DNA of 63,991 nucleotides, filler included, from Rhabdomonas costata (lineage: Eukaryota): assembly GCA_019059605.1 (NCBI GenBank). It is 13 parts of 13 records of this genome, joined end to end, with 100 filler letters (N's around TTAATTAATTAA, not from the genome) between each part and the next. Parts side by side here need not be neighbours in the genome. Positions count along the whole stretch, not along the records: positions 25,114 to 30,008 come from JAHMHO010000135.1; positions 30,109 to 34,969 come from JAHMHO010000136.1; positions 35,070 to 39,923 come from JAHMHO010000137.1; 10 more parts are not named here. The stretch is one strand, 5' to 3'. The notes beneath the pieces are model-generated. The model was not told the origin of the DNA. It did no database searches and saw nothing but the letters and a program-made list of their open reading frames with translations. Positions 25,455 through 37,001 of this stretch are shown piece by piece. The translations under genes were made by a program, and so were the position numbers. The first letter of the stretch is position 1; the number at the start of each line of letters is the position of its first letter.

Positions 25455-27084
25455 GCCCTTGACCTGAACAAGGATGGCAGGGTGAGCTTCGGCGAGTACG
25501 TCGAGGCCCTCGCGCTGCTGTCCGAGCAGGGGCACCTGGGCGCGAAGACGGAGCTGGCTTTCTCGATGTTTGACAAGAACGGGGACAGGCGGTACGCTTC
25601 CCACAAAATCGAAGAACAAGTTCCGGAGCGGCGGTCAGCGTTCAGCAGTTGTAACAATCGCTTAAGAGTTTGGAGAGGATTAGATGCCAACACACGCCTC
25701 CTAATTTTCCCCACCTTAGAGTGCGATGCATATGTGCCCGGTGGTTTGTGCTGTCTTGGGCCTCTGCGCTGTCGTCCTATGTTTTTCCCCTGACGGCATT
25801 CCTTCTGGCACCAAATCCTTGTGTCGAGCACACGATGACATCCTGCCGTAATCGTGCTCCATTTTCACAGAGTCCCGTCCAGTCAGTTTCGACTTACTTG
25901 CTGTTTTCCGCCGCTCCCATATTTTGTGTCGCCCTGGTCCTGCTTTTGCCTTCCTGTGCAGAATCGCAAAGCAGGAAATGGCCATCGCCCTCAAGTACTT
26001 GAATTTCGAGCTGGATCTGGAGGAGTTCTACTACTGCGGCAGCGAGAGCGTATCCTCCGGGTCCCAGCAGGAGGACAATCTTTCGGTGCCGAAGATCGCT
26101 CCCTTGGCGCGGACGGAGTTCACTTTGCTGGAGCAGAAGGACTTCGACATCCAAATCGACTCGTGGGTGGAGGAACTCTATGCAGAGTTCGCTGTGGTAT
26201 GCCAGTCCGCTTGTCTGGTTGCCTGTGGGTGTATATGCTTCCTGTATCGTCAGACGGTTATTAATGATGCCTACCAGCTAAAATGAAACCGAAAGCTAAT
26301 AACCAAGACCGCCTTTTCTTCAGAAGGAATTTCGAGCAGTTTTTTCCGATGATGGCCAGCAGTGGTTAGCAGGGTACAGGCTGGGTGCCCGACTTGACAA
26401 GTTCACAAACCGTAGAGGTTGGGTTTGCTGGATTACCTCTGATATAAAGTGATTTCTTGGAGTATCTATCAATCACCTGGAGGTCATCCGGTAAGCCAGC
26501 CCAGATGCTTATTCATCGACTCTCAACCCACAGAACGGCAGCAGTTACCTGAGTCTGGAGGAGTTCACGGAGGCCGCTGAGCGGCACCCCTTCCTTCTCA
26601 CCCTGAGCTCGAGGTAAGCGCTTACTCTGTAGAATTCCGCTTTGAAACCAAAAATTCGGGAAACTCAAAACTTGGGAATCAAGGAAACGCTTGGGGCACA
26701 AAGTCGACTTTCTGCGTCTCCTGGGACGTGGAAAAGAACGTTATGTGGAGGAAAGTGTTCATTGCTTGGGTGGTATATGTTAGCCCATGCTTTCTGAGCT
26801 CTTGGAGGGGCCCCCATTGTCCCCTTTGAGGTGCTCCTGGGCTTGGAAGAGGAGAGAAGGCCAATTGGGGTTTTGAGGTTACCAAAAAGTTGGATTGAAC
26901 CAGCTGTCGGTTTTGTTTTGTTTTCATCAGGCTTCTGCTCGAGGGTCCAGGGAGCTTCCTGCTTGGAGGACACCTTGGAACCTGCTCCCCTATTTCAAGT
27001 GCGCACCGCTCCTTGATGTCGTCGGGTTCGGACTTCCTCTTTTCCAGTGTATCTGGGTGGCTCCACTCTTCCCACCGTCTTTAA
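25455..27084 (+). CDS. NCS/recoverin/calcineurin-B-like EF-hand protein, copy 1, 3' part. Exons 25455-25591, 25962-26196, 26534-26613, 26931-~27084
   Basis: DLNKDGRVSFGEY and AFSMFDKNGDRRIAKQE EF-hand loops, a long acidic insert, and a degenerate EF4 (NGSSYLSLEEF). GT-AG, phase-consistent. Confidence 0.85.
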
Positions 27085-28294
27085 AAGGCTGCTCCCCGTC
27101 CACTGTTCCAGTTAGTGCTTCTGTCATGTTTTTTCTTTCTTTTTCGTGTTTTCTGGTCTTGCCTTTTTCATCAAGCCCTTCCATTGAGGGAGGGAGAGCT
27201 GTCTTCGACGGGTCCTGTCCCCGCACAATAAGTGCGGGATTTTTTCTTTGCAGCCGTGTTGGTCTGCTTTTTTCAGGCAGTTTTTTGTTTTCCAATCTCC
27301 TTTCAAGGAAAGGCTTTGCCATGGATTCCTGATTCCTGATTCGATTTTGATGGATGCTCCCTCTTTCTTTCCGTTTCTTTTTACACTTTGCTTGGTTTGT
27401 GCACTCGCAACATCTTTGCAGGTGTTCTTTTTGCGAGTGCTTTCGTGCTGTCTTCCTTCTCGGGCTGTGGCTATGAGTTTTCCAGCCTCAAGCGCGCTCG
27501 CGCGAAACTACGGATTGATTTTCCATTCCAATTTTACATTATCATTAAAGAATTCAACGCATCTCATTGCACCAAACCTATCGACCCTTTCCACCGATGA
27601 CGCGAAGCTATCGTGGCTGTACTACCCAGATGATGAATGGGATGAGAGGCTTTGTCTGCGTATGCGGTATGGTGTAGTCGGCCTTGATTATTGTGGGGTA
27701 GACGCTTCGTTCTCTTGGGCATTTCTTGCATTCAGGGGAGCTACATGAGGCAAAGGTACCCTGCAGATAGCAGGCATCATTGTCGTATAGCACGTGCGGG
27801 AAATGGGAAAGGGTGACAGGCTGCTTCGTTGCCGTCAGCCTAGATGGGCGGTGTAGTACAGGCCTTGGACTATGCATTGGCTATTAAGATCACCTGGCTT
27901 TGGTGAGAGCTGGTCAAGTATATCGGTCTGGCGTAAGGGTAGTAACGTTGTCACTACAGTACTGCAATGTCGCTCATCCTCACGGATCGTCTCGTCTTGT
28001 TGGGCTATCTCACTTGCTATATTTCATTGGCTGGAAACTTTTCCTTACTGGAGTTGGGCGGACAGGTTTATTTTCGGGGCGGAAGCAAACGCCGCTAAGG
28101 CCTGTCCGCGGCACCGCCGGTGCGGGCAGCTGAGGTGGGGACATTCACCTGCTGCATCGATCGGCGGAACTGGCAAAAGCTTCAACCATGGGCTGGTATG
28201 GTGAATTCTTCACAACGACTTTCGCGGAGAAGCAATACCCACCTTGGATTTGGGGTGACCGCGGGGACACAGATTTTTGCACATAAGGAGCACA

Positions 28295-29634
28295 ATGGGT
28301 GTGTCGGAGAGCGCCTTCACGAAGTCCGCAGTGGCCGAGTTGCAGCGCAGAACCAATCTGACCGTGGACCAGATCTCGCAGCTGCAGTCCGTCTACCTGC
28401 AGATGTCCGGGGGGAAGAAACGCAAGAGCCTTACTTTGAAAAAGATGATCAAAGGTGGCGGGCCTCGCCGGCTCTGCTTCCTTTCTCTTTCTTGGAGGGG
28501 GGGGGGCGCGTATTTGTGCGGAGGGGAGTCGGAGTAGCCAAACGCTTTCTATTCGATCAATAACAACCTTCAAATGGTCTCTCAGCCGCCGAGGTTGCCC
28601 ATCCTGGACATCCAATGAAAGTGTTGCATTGGACGGGAATTTCATTGGCGAAAGTCAGGTGTCGTCGATCCTTTCCGCACACACAACCGCCTCTTTGATA
28701 TGCTTCACACTTCATCCTTCCACTGCTGAACTTTACATCTCATAAAAGCAAGCGTGTTTCATTTGCTGCTCCTGCTGCTAGCAGCACTGGTGCGGGGCTA
28801 CCCAATAACCTCGCATTGCTTTGACTTACACGTGCCTGTGCTTCTGGTACAAAGGCTGCGTGAAGGCGGGGATTTCCCAGGCGGAGATGGACTCCCTCCG
28901 ATTTCTTTTTCCGGTCCTCATAAAACGCCCCCCCCCCAGCACACACACTTTCAGGGAGGGGTTCCACTTTTTTTCTCAAAAAGAGCGCGTACATTCCTGT
29001 ACTTCTGATCCTTGTGGCGAGATAACTTGAGGTGGTGGTGAGGGAGAAATTTTCTCAAAAATTTTCTGCAATCGCACCCACCACAGGAACAACTTGTGGG
29101 GGAAGATTCGGAAATGGTTTGTTTTGGCCCTGCCTGCACATCTGCAGCGTATCCCCAAAGGCCTCCTCCCTAATAGCATCTCGTCTTCATCTATCATTCA
29201 GCGGCCAAGCCTCTCTGCCTCCCCTTCCCCGCCGCAGAGTTTTCTTCTTCATTGCGAAGTTATGAAGGTTTTTTTCGCGTTGACTGAAGACAAACCAGAG
29301 AGAGTATGAACGAGCAGCACCCAAGATGCAAATGCTCCGACATCCGCACCAATTCAAGACGATCGGTTGTGCACTTCCTTGGGTGAGAGTGAAAAGGAAG
29401 GTCGAAATGCTACGCAAACAGCGACGAAAATGCTCGGATGTGCCCGGTGATGAGCCCATTCCACATTTCCTTGAGTTTTCCGCCCTTTCCCACGCAGGCC
29501 CTTGACCTGAACAAGAACGGCCGGGTGAGCTTCGGCGAGTTCGTCGAGGCTCTCCTGCTGCTGTCCCAGCAGGGGCACCTGGGCGCGAAGACGGAGCTGG
29601 CTTTCTCGATGTTTGATAGGAACAGGGATAGCCG
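28295..29634 (+). CDS. NCS/recoverin-like EF-hand protein, copy 2, 5' part. Exons 28295-28453, 28855-28913, 29498-29634
   Basis: MGVSES (MGxxxS myristoylation motif), ELQRRTNLTVDQI..L..Y. The 137-nt exon 29498-29634 is nearly identical to 25455-25591. Confidence 0.85.
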
Positions 29635-29704
29635 GTTTGTGAACCCCACCGTAATATAATCGGGACAAGTACATTTGGCATACCTTCAGCAGTGTACCTT
29701 TTTT

Positions 29705-29801
29705 TAGGGGACACGTGCATCGCCTCCTAACCCCATGCGAGATGAAATATCCTGATCTAGGGGACACGTGCATCGCTTCCTAACCCCCTGAGAGATCAAT
29801 A
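29705..29801. repeat. Imperfect direct tandem repeat, 53-bp period, about 2 copies
   Basis: TAGGGGACACGTGCATCGC[CT]TCCTAACCCC begins at 29705 and again at 29758. Confidence 0.85.
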
Positions 29802-30379
29802 AAAGGATACAATCAGCTTAGAGCCCTGCAGGGGACCATCCATAACAGCCGCCACTTTAAGGCGGCACCTCTGGCCAGTACACACCAAGCCAGGCTGGCT
29901 TTCCCCTATGCACACTGGCCTTCAGCGCAGAGCCACATTTGGAGCACTTGGAAGGCGGCTCTCGGACAACTCCATAACCCACCACATCCCCCAAACTCAC
30001 CTAACACANNNNNNNNNNNNNNNNNNNNNNNNNNNNNNNNNNNNNNNNNNNNTTAATTAATTAANNNNNNNNNNNNNNNNNNNNNNNNNNNNNNNNNNNN
30101 NNNNNNNNGGTGTTGGGTGTGATGACCCGCACCATCTCGGTCATCCTTCCCGCCCATCATCCGGTACACAGCAATGAGAAACACTGCTATTTTCAGTTCT
30201 TCCCGCCCATCATCTGGAAGGAGGAGAAAGAAAGCGCATGAAACTCTATTTAATGCCTTCATAGCTCAAGCAGTCGTACACACTCCTGCCCTCATGAGAC
30301 TCCGATCCGCGCCTAACCCCGATCAGCGCAGTCATGCTTCGTTTAGGCGCACGATCTAAACGACTCCAACTGGTCGCAC

Positions 30380-30847
30380 CTCCGAATCAGCAAAGCCATC
30401 CACTAATCGTAACAGCACCTGCACAGCGCCCGTGATGGCGTTGAGGTTCGTGTTCAGCTCATGCGAAAGGTTGCTCAGGAACCGAAGCATGTCGTCCTGA
30501 CGATGGGAGTGCAGCGCGGCCACCTCCCTCTGCACCGCACGAACCTCCGCCCACACCAACCACAACCACAACGAACGCCGACGGCAATGACCATTTCCTT
30601 CGGTTGGGATGCTGAAGCTGTTGCAGGAATATTCGCCGGATCGGCCTTGGGGCGGAAGCAGGCATTGCCGCAGCTGCCATCGCACCATAACCCACTGCAA
30701 CGCGCTCAGAGCCAGGCATATCCCCACCACTCCACCAGTGGCGCCCGCATCGAAGCCTATCAGAAGCCCCACCGCGAGAACGGAGAGACCTCCACACAGT
30801 AGGCCACACGCGGCGAAGAACAGGGCGCAGATCATTTGAATTGGGGA
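30380..30847 (-). CDS. Membrane-bound histidine kinase B: TM helices plus HisKA domain (partial)
   Basis: Two hydrophobic segments, then RFLSNLSHELNTNLNAITGAVQVL (H-box). Further hydrophobic exon-like stretches lie upstream near 31300 and 32200. Confidence 0.75.
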
Positions 30848-33701
30848 CTCTCGGAAGTTATGCAAAGAATGACCGGACGGAAAGCACAGATACACAGCAA
30901 GAAAAAGGGAGTCGCCCTGGAAAGAAACGCCCGCCTCCCAAGAGAAAGGACAGGAGACAGTGTGAGCGTGAACAGTTGCACAGCAGCCGCTTGCCCGCTT
31001 TCAAGCGGTGCTTCACATTAAAAGTCAGAAGCCTTCCTTTATGGGTCCGCGCGTCCCCAGGTCAGTCCCTTGCACTTTTGATTGAATAAGCCTTTTTATC
31101 GTCTGCCTGTCCTTATCCACTCTGCATGGGGTCTTCGCCCCACTGCGCCGCTCGCAAAAAGGGGCGCAATTGTGGATCGGTGGGGGGAACCATTCTTGCC
31201 AAATTTCAACAATGATTACCATGTCCCATGAGAAGAAATTGGATTGAAATAAATGACTCGGTAATTTAGTCTTAGCCTCCGGCATAAAGTAGCAGCAGAT
31301 GCGGAAATAGGAGCAGTGGAAGATCACTGTGAGGGCTGTGACAGTGATGAGATGAAGGACTTTTAAGAGAGCGGGTTTGGAACGAAAATAGCATTGGAGT
31401 GGCATCACTCTGGAGCCAGGCCGCCCTGGTCTTCTTTCGCCAGGAGAAGTAGGGGCTGGCTTTTTCAGCAGGGTGGATGGGAGAATGAGATGGCCTCCTC
31501 ACATGACCGTCCGCACGTGGTTCTCGCATTGGGTCTCCCACTGAAAAAAGGGCTTGTTGTAATGCATGCATACCAACACATTCGTGCACACCTGCCTGCC
31601 GATGCACTTTCACCTTTCTCTCTCAGTGGGAATGTGCTGGCGACTCCGTCGCTGTTCACTGGAAGTTGTCGCTTTCCTTCTATTCCTTCCATCCATTTTT
31701 TCAAGTTGCTTTGGTTTTGCCGTCACTGCACTTTTGCGCACTTTACTAATAGGGTTCCTTTGCAGGCACTCTGCCTCTTTACCTCTTTATTAGTGCAATT
31801 CACGTGGATCAGTGGATAATAATGTTTTCTCAGCGATACATTCAGTTCCATTAACCTTGTCTGCGCTTTTGCGTTTAGTCAACACAAGCACCGTCACCAA
31901 AGGTGACAAAAGGGGGTACCTTCTCAGAAGAAGAATTCAATGCGCAACAAGGCTTGGCCGCAGCCCCACACTGTATTGGGCATCGGTGTGAAACCGATGT
32001 CACAGAACACAAAACGAGAAAAGGAAATTTGGAAGGAGAAAGGAATCTCTCCGATAGAGACACGGTTTCCCACACAATACGTAAATCTAGAAGACCAGAT
32101 TATGACCATGTAGCCAAGCCCATGCTTCCATCTGTACCGGGACGAGAATGTGATTGGGCGAAGCTTGGTCAAGGAGGTGTATAAAGCAGCCCATGACATA
32201 GCACGCACAAAAGTCCCATACCTGAAGTCCCTCCTTGAAGAGAACAACACGCACAGGCATGGAGTTCTCCGTGTTGGAGGGGGTTCTTCCAACAACAATT
32301 GACGCAGAACGAAGAGAGAGACTCGTGCGGAAAAGAAATTGCCCTAGAAAGGCATCATTCTCTTGCCGGCTAGACCCCCGAACCCTCTTTCTCTCCATTG
32401 TTGCGCTCAGAGCTCAGAAAACGGGCAAACCACAGCAGGAGGTGTGCGGGCAACCGATATAGTATGCTGTACATCACAGAAAATAGAGAAGAACCAAGTT
32501 GGGGTTAGGTGCAGTGCGGTACCGTGCGGTACCGTGCGGTGCGGTCACTGCACACAAAAGGTGCGAAGGTGTTGGAAGTGGGGAGAGGATGTAGCAGTGA
32601 AAATGAACGCCCCAGCAGACCTGCGTATGTGTCGCAACACCCGTCCATCGCCCTCAAAGTGGTGCAAGCAATAGGACACAGTCATGGAGGGGAGAGGGGC
32701 GGAACCACAGCGAAAGTGACGGGCACATCATCCCCAGGGGGTCCCACAACCAAGTACGACGAGAAGACAACAGCAACCTCCTCAAGACGGGGAAGCGGGA
32801 GCGTGAAAACACCCGTCCGTTTCGAGTACAGCGGAGGGAAGACTGCATCAACATTTTAAGGGGACATAAGAAGGATGGAGCAGAGAGGTCGCCGTGGTTC
32901 ACGTCATCGAAGCACAGAAAGAAGAGGGGGCGGGTTCATATTAAGCACAAAAACCAGCGCTCAGCACAAAAGGTAAACGTGTACAGCAACTGATGGAAGG
33001 GAAAGAACGTGCAAAACTTACACGCACCAAACCCAACTGCAAAGATCCCTGATTTAATCGGGTAACCTTCAAATATGAGCATGGAGCTGGCAAAAGGTAC
33101 GGAGTGCATGATCCTGAGAGAAGGGGGTATTGCAAAAAGGTGATGGAGAGGGCAGGAAATTCCCGGCTGAAACAAAAAATGGGTGGGTATGGGGTTAGGT
33201 GGATGCAAAAAGTGCAAAGGCGTTGCAGTCCGAGCGCCCGGTATACAGCGCACACCCACACATTTCTTTCAGCTGCCGACTTCTAAGGAGACAAACCAGG
33301 TCCACGGGCCCGGGCTGCGACGGCATGCCCAGTTCCCAAGCACGGGAGGACAGCGAACGCATCACAAAAACACGCACGGCAGTAGCACGGTCGGAACGGG
33401 ACCGCTGTGCTTGAGGCAGTCACCAAGGTTTTCACAACATCCGAGAACACACCACGTTTCAGTGAGCCAAGGCAATATACAGTGCTGTTAACGCGCAAAA
33501 GCGTGTGCAAGTCAAAAAAACCACTCTGGTTTTTGTCGTGCACAGTTTACAGAGGTACCCTCAGTGAGGAGACTGGTGGTTTTTTCGAGGAGAGAACCTC
33601 GACAAGGCGACGTCCTTGAGGAGATAAGGGTCACAAAAACGGACTGGGGTCCAGGACAAGGGCACGCCAACAGAGCCGGGGTGCCCACTCCTGAGCCGGG
33701 C

Positions 33702-34969
33702 TCAGACCTCCACCTCTCCGGGTGACGACCTGGGATCATGTCTGGGATCCCCCACCTCCAAGAAATCCGAGGAGGTCAGCACAATCTGGGGGCAGGACGG
33801 TGACTCCTCCAACGCGGCGGCGCCCCCCGCCGACGGCGTCGACTTGATCCGGCAAAAGGACCGTTCGATTGGGACAAGTGTGGGGGCGTCCCGCTTCACA
33901 ACCCCCTCTGGGACATCGCCCCATACAGTCTCGTACACCCCAAGCACCGTCTCCAGGAGGTACTCCCGGCTCACCGGCTTCAGCAGCGTGGCCTGCATCC
34001 CCGCCTCCCGGCAGGACTGCCGGAGCTGCGTGGTGTGGTCCGCGGTGACCGCTGAGGAAGTGAAAAGGAAAGCAGGAACTGCACTGTAGAGAATCGTGAC
34101 GACCATCATGGAGAACGTTGAGAAAAGACACACTGAGTCGGGTGTAAAGGGTAAAAACTGTACGGACAGTGTCATGCACCGACGTTGGCTCAAAATCACA
34201 TCATATGTTGAGAAAACACATATACACACACCTATCACGGGAAGAATTGACGGGCTCATGCTCTTCCGCAACTCCAACGTCATCTCCAGCCCACTCATCT
34301 CTGGCATGTGGATATCGCTGAGCACGATGCCTCGGAATCCTGGGTTGGTCTGTGCACGGGCCCGGACGTTCTCCACCAGCTCTGCCGCACTCTCGAACGT
34401 GAACACCTTGGCGTAAACGAGGCCGGCCACCATCCTGGACAGCAGCAGGCGGTTGATGCTGTTGTCGTCCACCACAAAGATTTCCAGCGCAGGAGGGGCG
34501 GGACTGGAAGTGGACGAAGCCAGGCTGATATCGTCAGCGGGCGGGGAGGAAATCCTCCTGAGAATTTCCCCGGAACCAGCCAAAATGCGTTAACAGCATC
34601 ACATTGACAGCAACAATGTTCAGGGATATGTTCAACTGAAGAGGTAAGCATCCAGGAAAAAAATGGGGAAAAGTGCGAACCAGCCGAACAAGAAAACAGA
34701 AAGGAGAGATGCGGGGTGATGGCCGATGTGAGGTACAATGATTGACCCGGCTGCTCATAGTACTGTGTTTCTGTAATAACTTTCTCTGCCCGATCGAGAA
34801 AAGGGCCAAATGGGGATGGAGGTGCACGGAACGGCGATTGAGAGGCCTCACACCGGCTCATCGTGGCGAGGCTTGCGACGGCGCTGAGGGTGGGCGAAAG
34901 CGCGGTGCCCAGAGCCCCACTGCCCTCCTCCGCCTGTTCAGAATCCATGGTGAGATATACCACCACACA
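33702..34969 (-). CDS. Hybrid histidine kinase A, C-terminal receiver domain. Exons ~34969-34854, 34557-34232, 34051-33702
   Basis: IFVVDDNSINR, VLSDIHMPEMSGLE, PVIAVTAD, AGM...LLKPV: complete REC motifs with the phosphoacceptor Asp. A 180-nt in-frame GT-AG intron lies at 34231-34052. Confidence 0.85.
34128..34197 (+). repeat. Dispersed ~70-bp repeat family A, copy 1 (inside the HK-A intron)
   Basis: ACACACTGAGTCGGGTGTAAAGGGTAAAAACTGTACGGACAGTGTCATGCACCGA aligns with 58868-58937. Confidence 0.8.
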
Positions 34970-35747
34970 NNNNNNNNNNNNNNNNNNNNNNNNNNNNNNN
35001 NNNNNNNNNNNNNTTAATTAATTAANNNNNNNNNNNNNNNNNNNNNNNNNNNNNNNNNNNNNNNNNNNNATTGAACAAATAGCAAAGACGTTGGCTCGTC
35101 CAATCAGAGCATTCACGCCCACCCACAAGAAATGCTTCTTCTTCACCAATCAAAGCGTATCAAGACCACCAAAACACCAAAATATGGCATCAGCACCGCC
35201 GTAGCGACTGAAGCTGAAGTGGGATGAGGCGGCACGTTGTTTGGGAGTGTTTCAGCCTTACGGCTCATAGAGAAATTTTGATACTTCCCCTCGCCCAAAG
35301 GCTACCTGCAATTCCGGAAACGCAAACAGGCGCTTGGCAAGATACAGGGGACCTCTTCAGTTCAGGCTCGTTAAACCACAAGATTGTTTTGGGTTTGAGA
35401 AAGAGGATCAGCGGGGCAACGAGGGGGCACGGCAGGAATCCGTAAGGTGCAAGAGAGAGAGAGAGAGAGCAACCCCAGCTTCAGCGACGCAGGTGTGGGT
35501 CTGGATGTGTGGGCTGAAAAAGAACCAACCCCTACATCATTCAGAACTTTGAGACGCTGAAGAAGCCACGGACCCCAAAGGACAGAAAGATCCCACCGGA
35601 GGTACCATGACCAGCATGCATCCGCCCAAATAAGGTACCACAACCCCTGTGGTGGGGGAGGCGGTGACTCATGCCTTTTGACATGAAGAACACGCTCAAT
35701 TACGCGTAAGTGGAGGTGAAAAAGAGCGGGAAGGGAAGAATTTCCAC

Positions 35748-37001
35748 CTTCTCCTTGAGCAGCTGCTTGAAGGGGTACAGGTTGCACACCACGACGTCCA
35801 CGAACTGGTAGCCCCGGGTGGTCATGTCCTGCTCATCGGTGGGGATGTGGCGGGCCAGGATCCCCCCGTGCACCGCGGGGTGCAGCGTCTTCACCCGACC
35901 TGTTGGCCACACGCCCTCTCTCTTTCTCTTTCTCTCTCACTCTCTCACCCGCATAGCACTTTCGGGGCATCACTCATGTTTCGCTTGCCCTCGGGGAAGT
36001 TCAAGTTCATTAACCTGACCCAATTTTCCAATCTTGAAGCGTTGAGGACTACCAGACTTCGCGTGTTTCTCCTGTACTCTCCTGGAATGTCAGAATCACT
36101 CGAAACACGTTGAAGGAGCCCCAGCACCCGATGTCAAGTGCTCAAAATGACCATCATAAATAGCTAAAACAAGAATAATCCCCTGGAGCTAGCAATGCCC
36201 TCCCTCGAATGCTATTTGCTATCCCCGACAACTGTTTTCTGTTTGCTACAACAAAGCTACGTCAAACACCGCTACTATATTTGCGACCCCTCCACCATCA
36301 AATATTTTCTTGAGGGAGGCCAAAATAGATTCCCCAGTGGTGGTCTGATGTGCAAAAATCAATGAAAAATAGAGACGGGGGCACCCACCGCCGAGCATCT
36401 CAGGGGCCTTGGTGATCTCGGAGACGTCCTTCACGGGCAGGCCAAGGCCACGGAGCTTGGTCGAGGTCCCTCCGGAGGCCACCAGAGTGAACCCCAGGGC
36501 GTGCAAGCCTTGGGCCAGCACATCAATCCCTAGAGTCCAAAAAACCAACACACACACACACACAAACGCACACACATACACTGCATCCAGGAGGCATTGC
36601 TGCTGCGGAGGTACTTTCTGCCTGTTTCCTGAGGCTTCTGGGAGGGGGAGGTGCTGGGATTGTGCTTCTTCTTGGGAAACCTCAATAGCGCATTCAACCG
36701 CGGTTCTAACATTACACTGCTCATTGCAAACGACACAGCTCATTGCAAACGCAAATTGTCAGGCTGAGTCTTTGACGACAGCACAAAACCACGAAAGTGG
36801 AGCACATATATATAAGAAGCGCCTACGAGACGGAAAAATGTAATCTCTGTCTAAATCGATCCATGGGTTCATGTTGTGCAAACTGTCGCCAAGTACACGG
36901 CCAAAGAGGTGAGAGAGCAGACCCGTCTTGTCGTAGACCGAGAGTACGGCCACCTTCGGCGCCTTCTCCGTCTTCTGAACCTTAGCGGGAGGCTCGGCCA
37001 T
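35748..37001 (-). CDS. purH: Bifunctional AICAR transformylase/IMP cyclohydrolase, 5' part. Exons 37001-36923, 36529-36389, 35899-35748
   Basis: [52 protein letters not shown]. All junctions are GT-AG and in phase. Confidence 0.95.

Noticed and set aside
29705-29801. Two ~30-bp direct repeats with intervening sequence, superficially CRISPR-like
   Set aside because: Only two copies, the intervening parts are also similar, the site is intronic in a eukaryote, and there are no cas genes.
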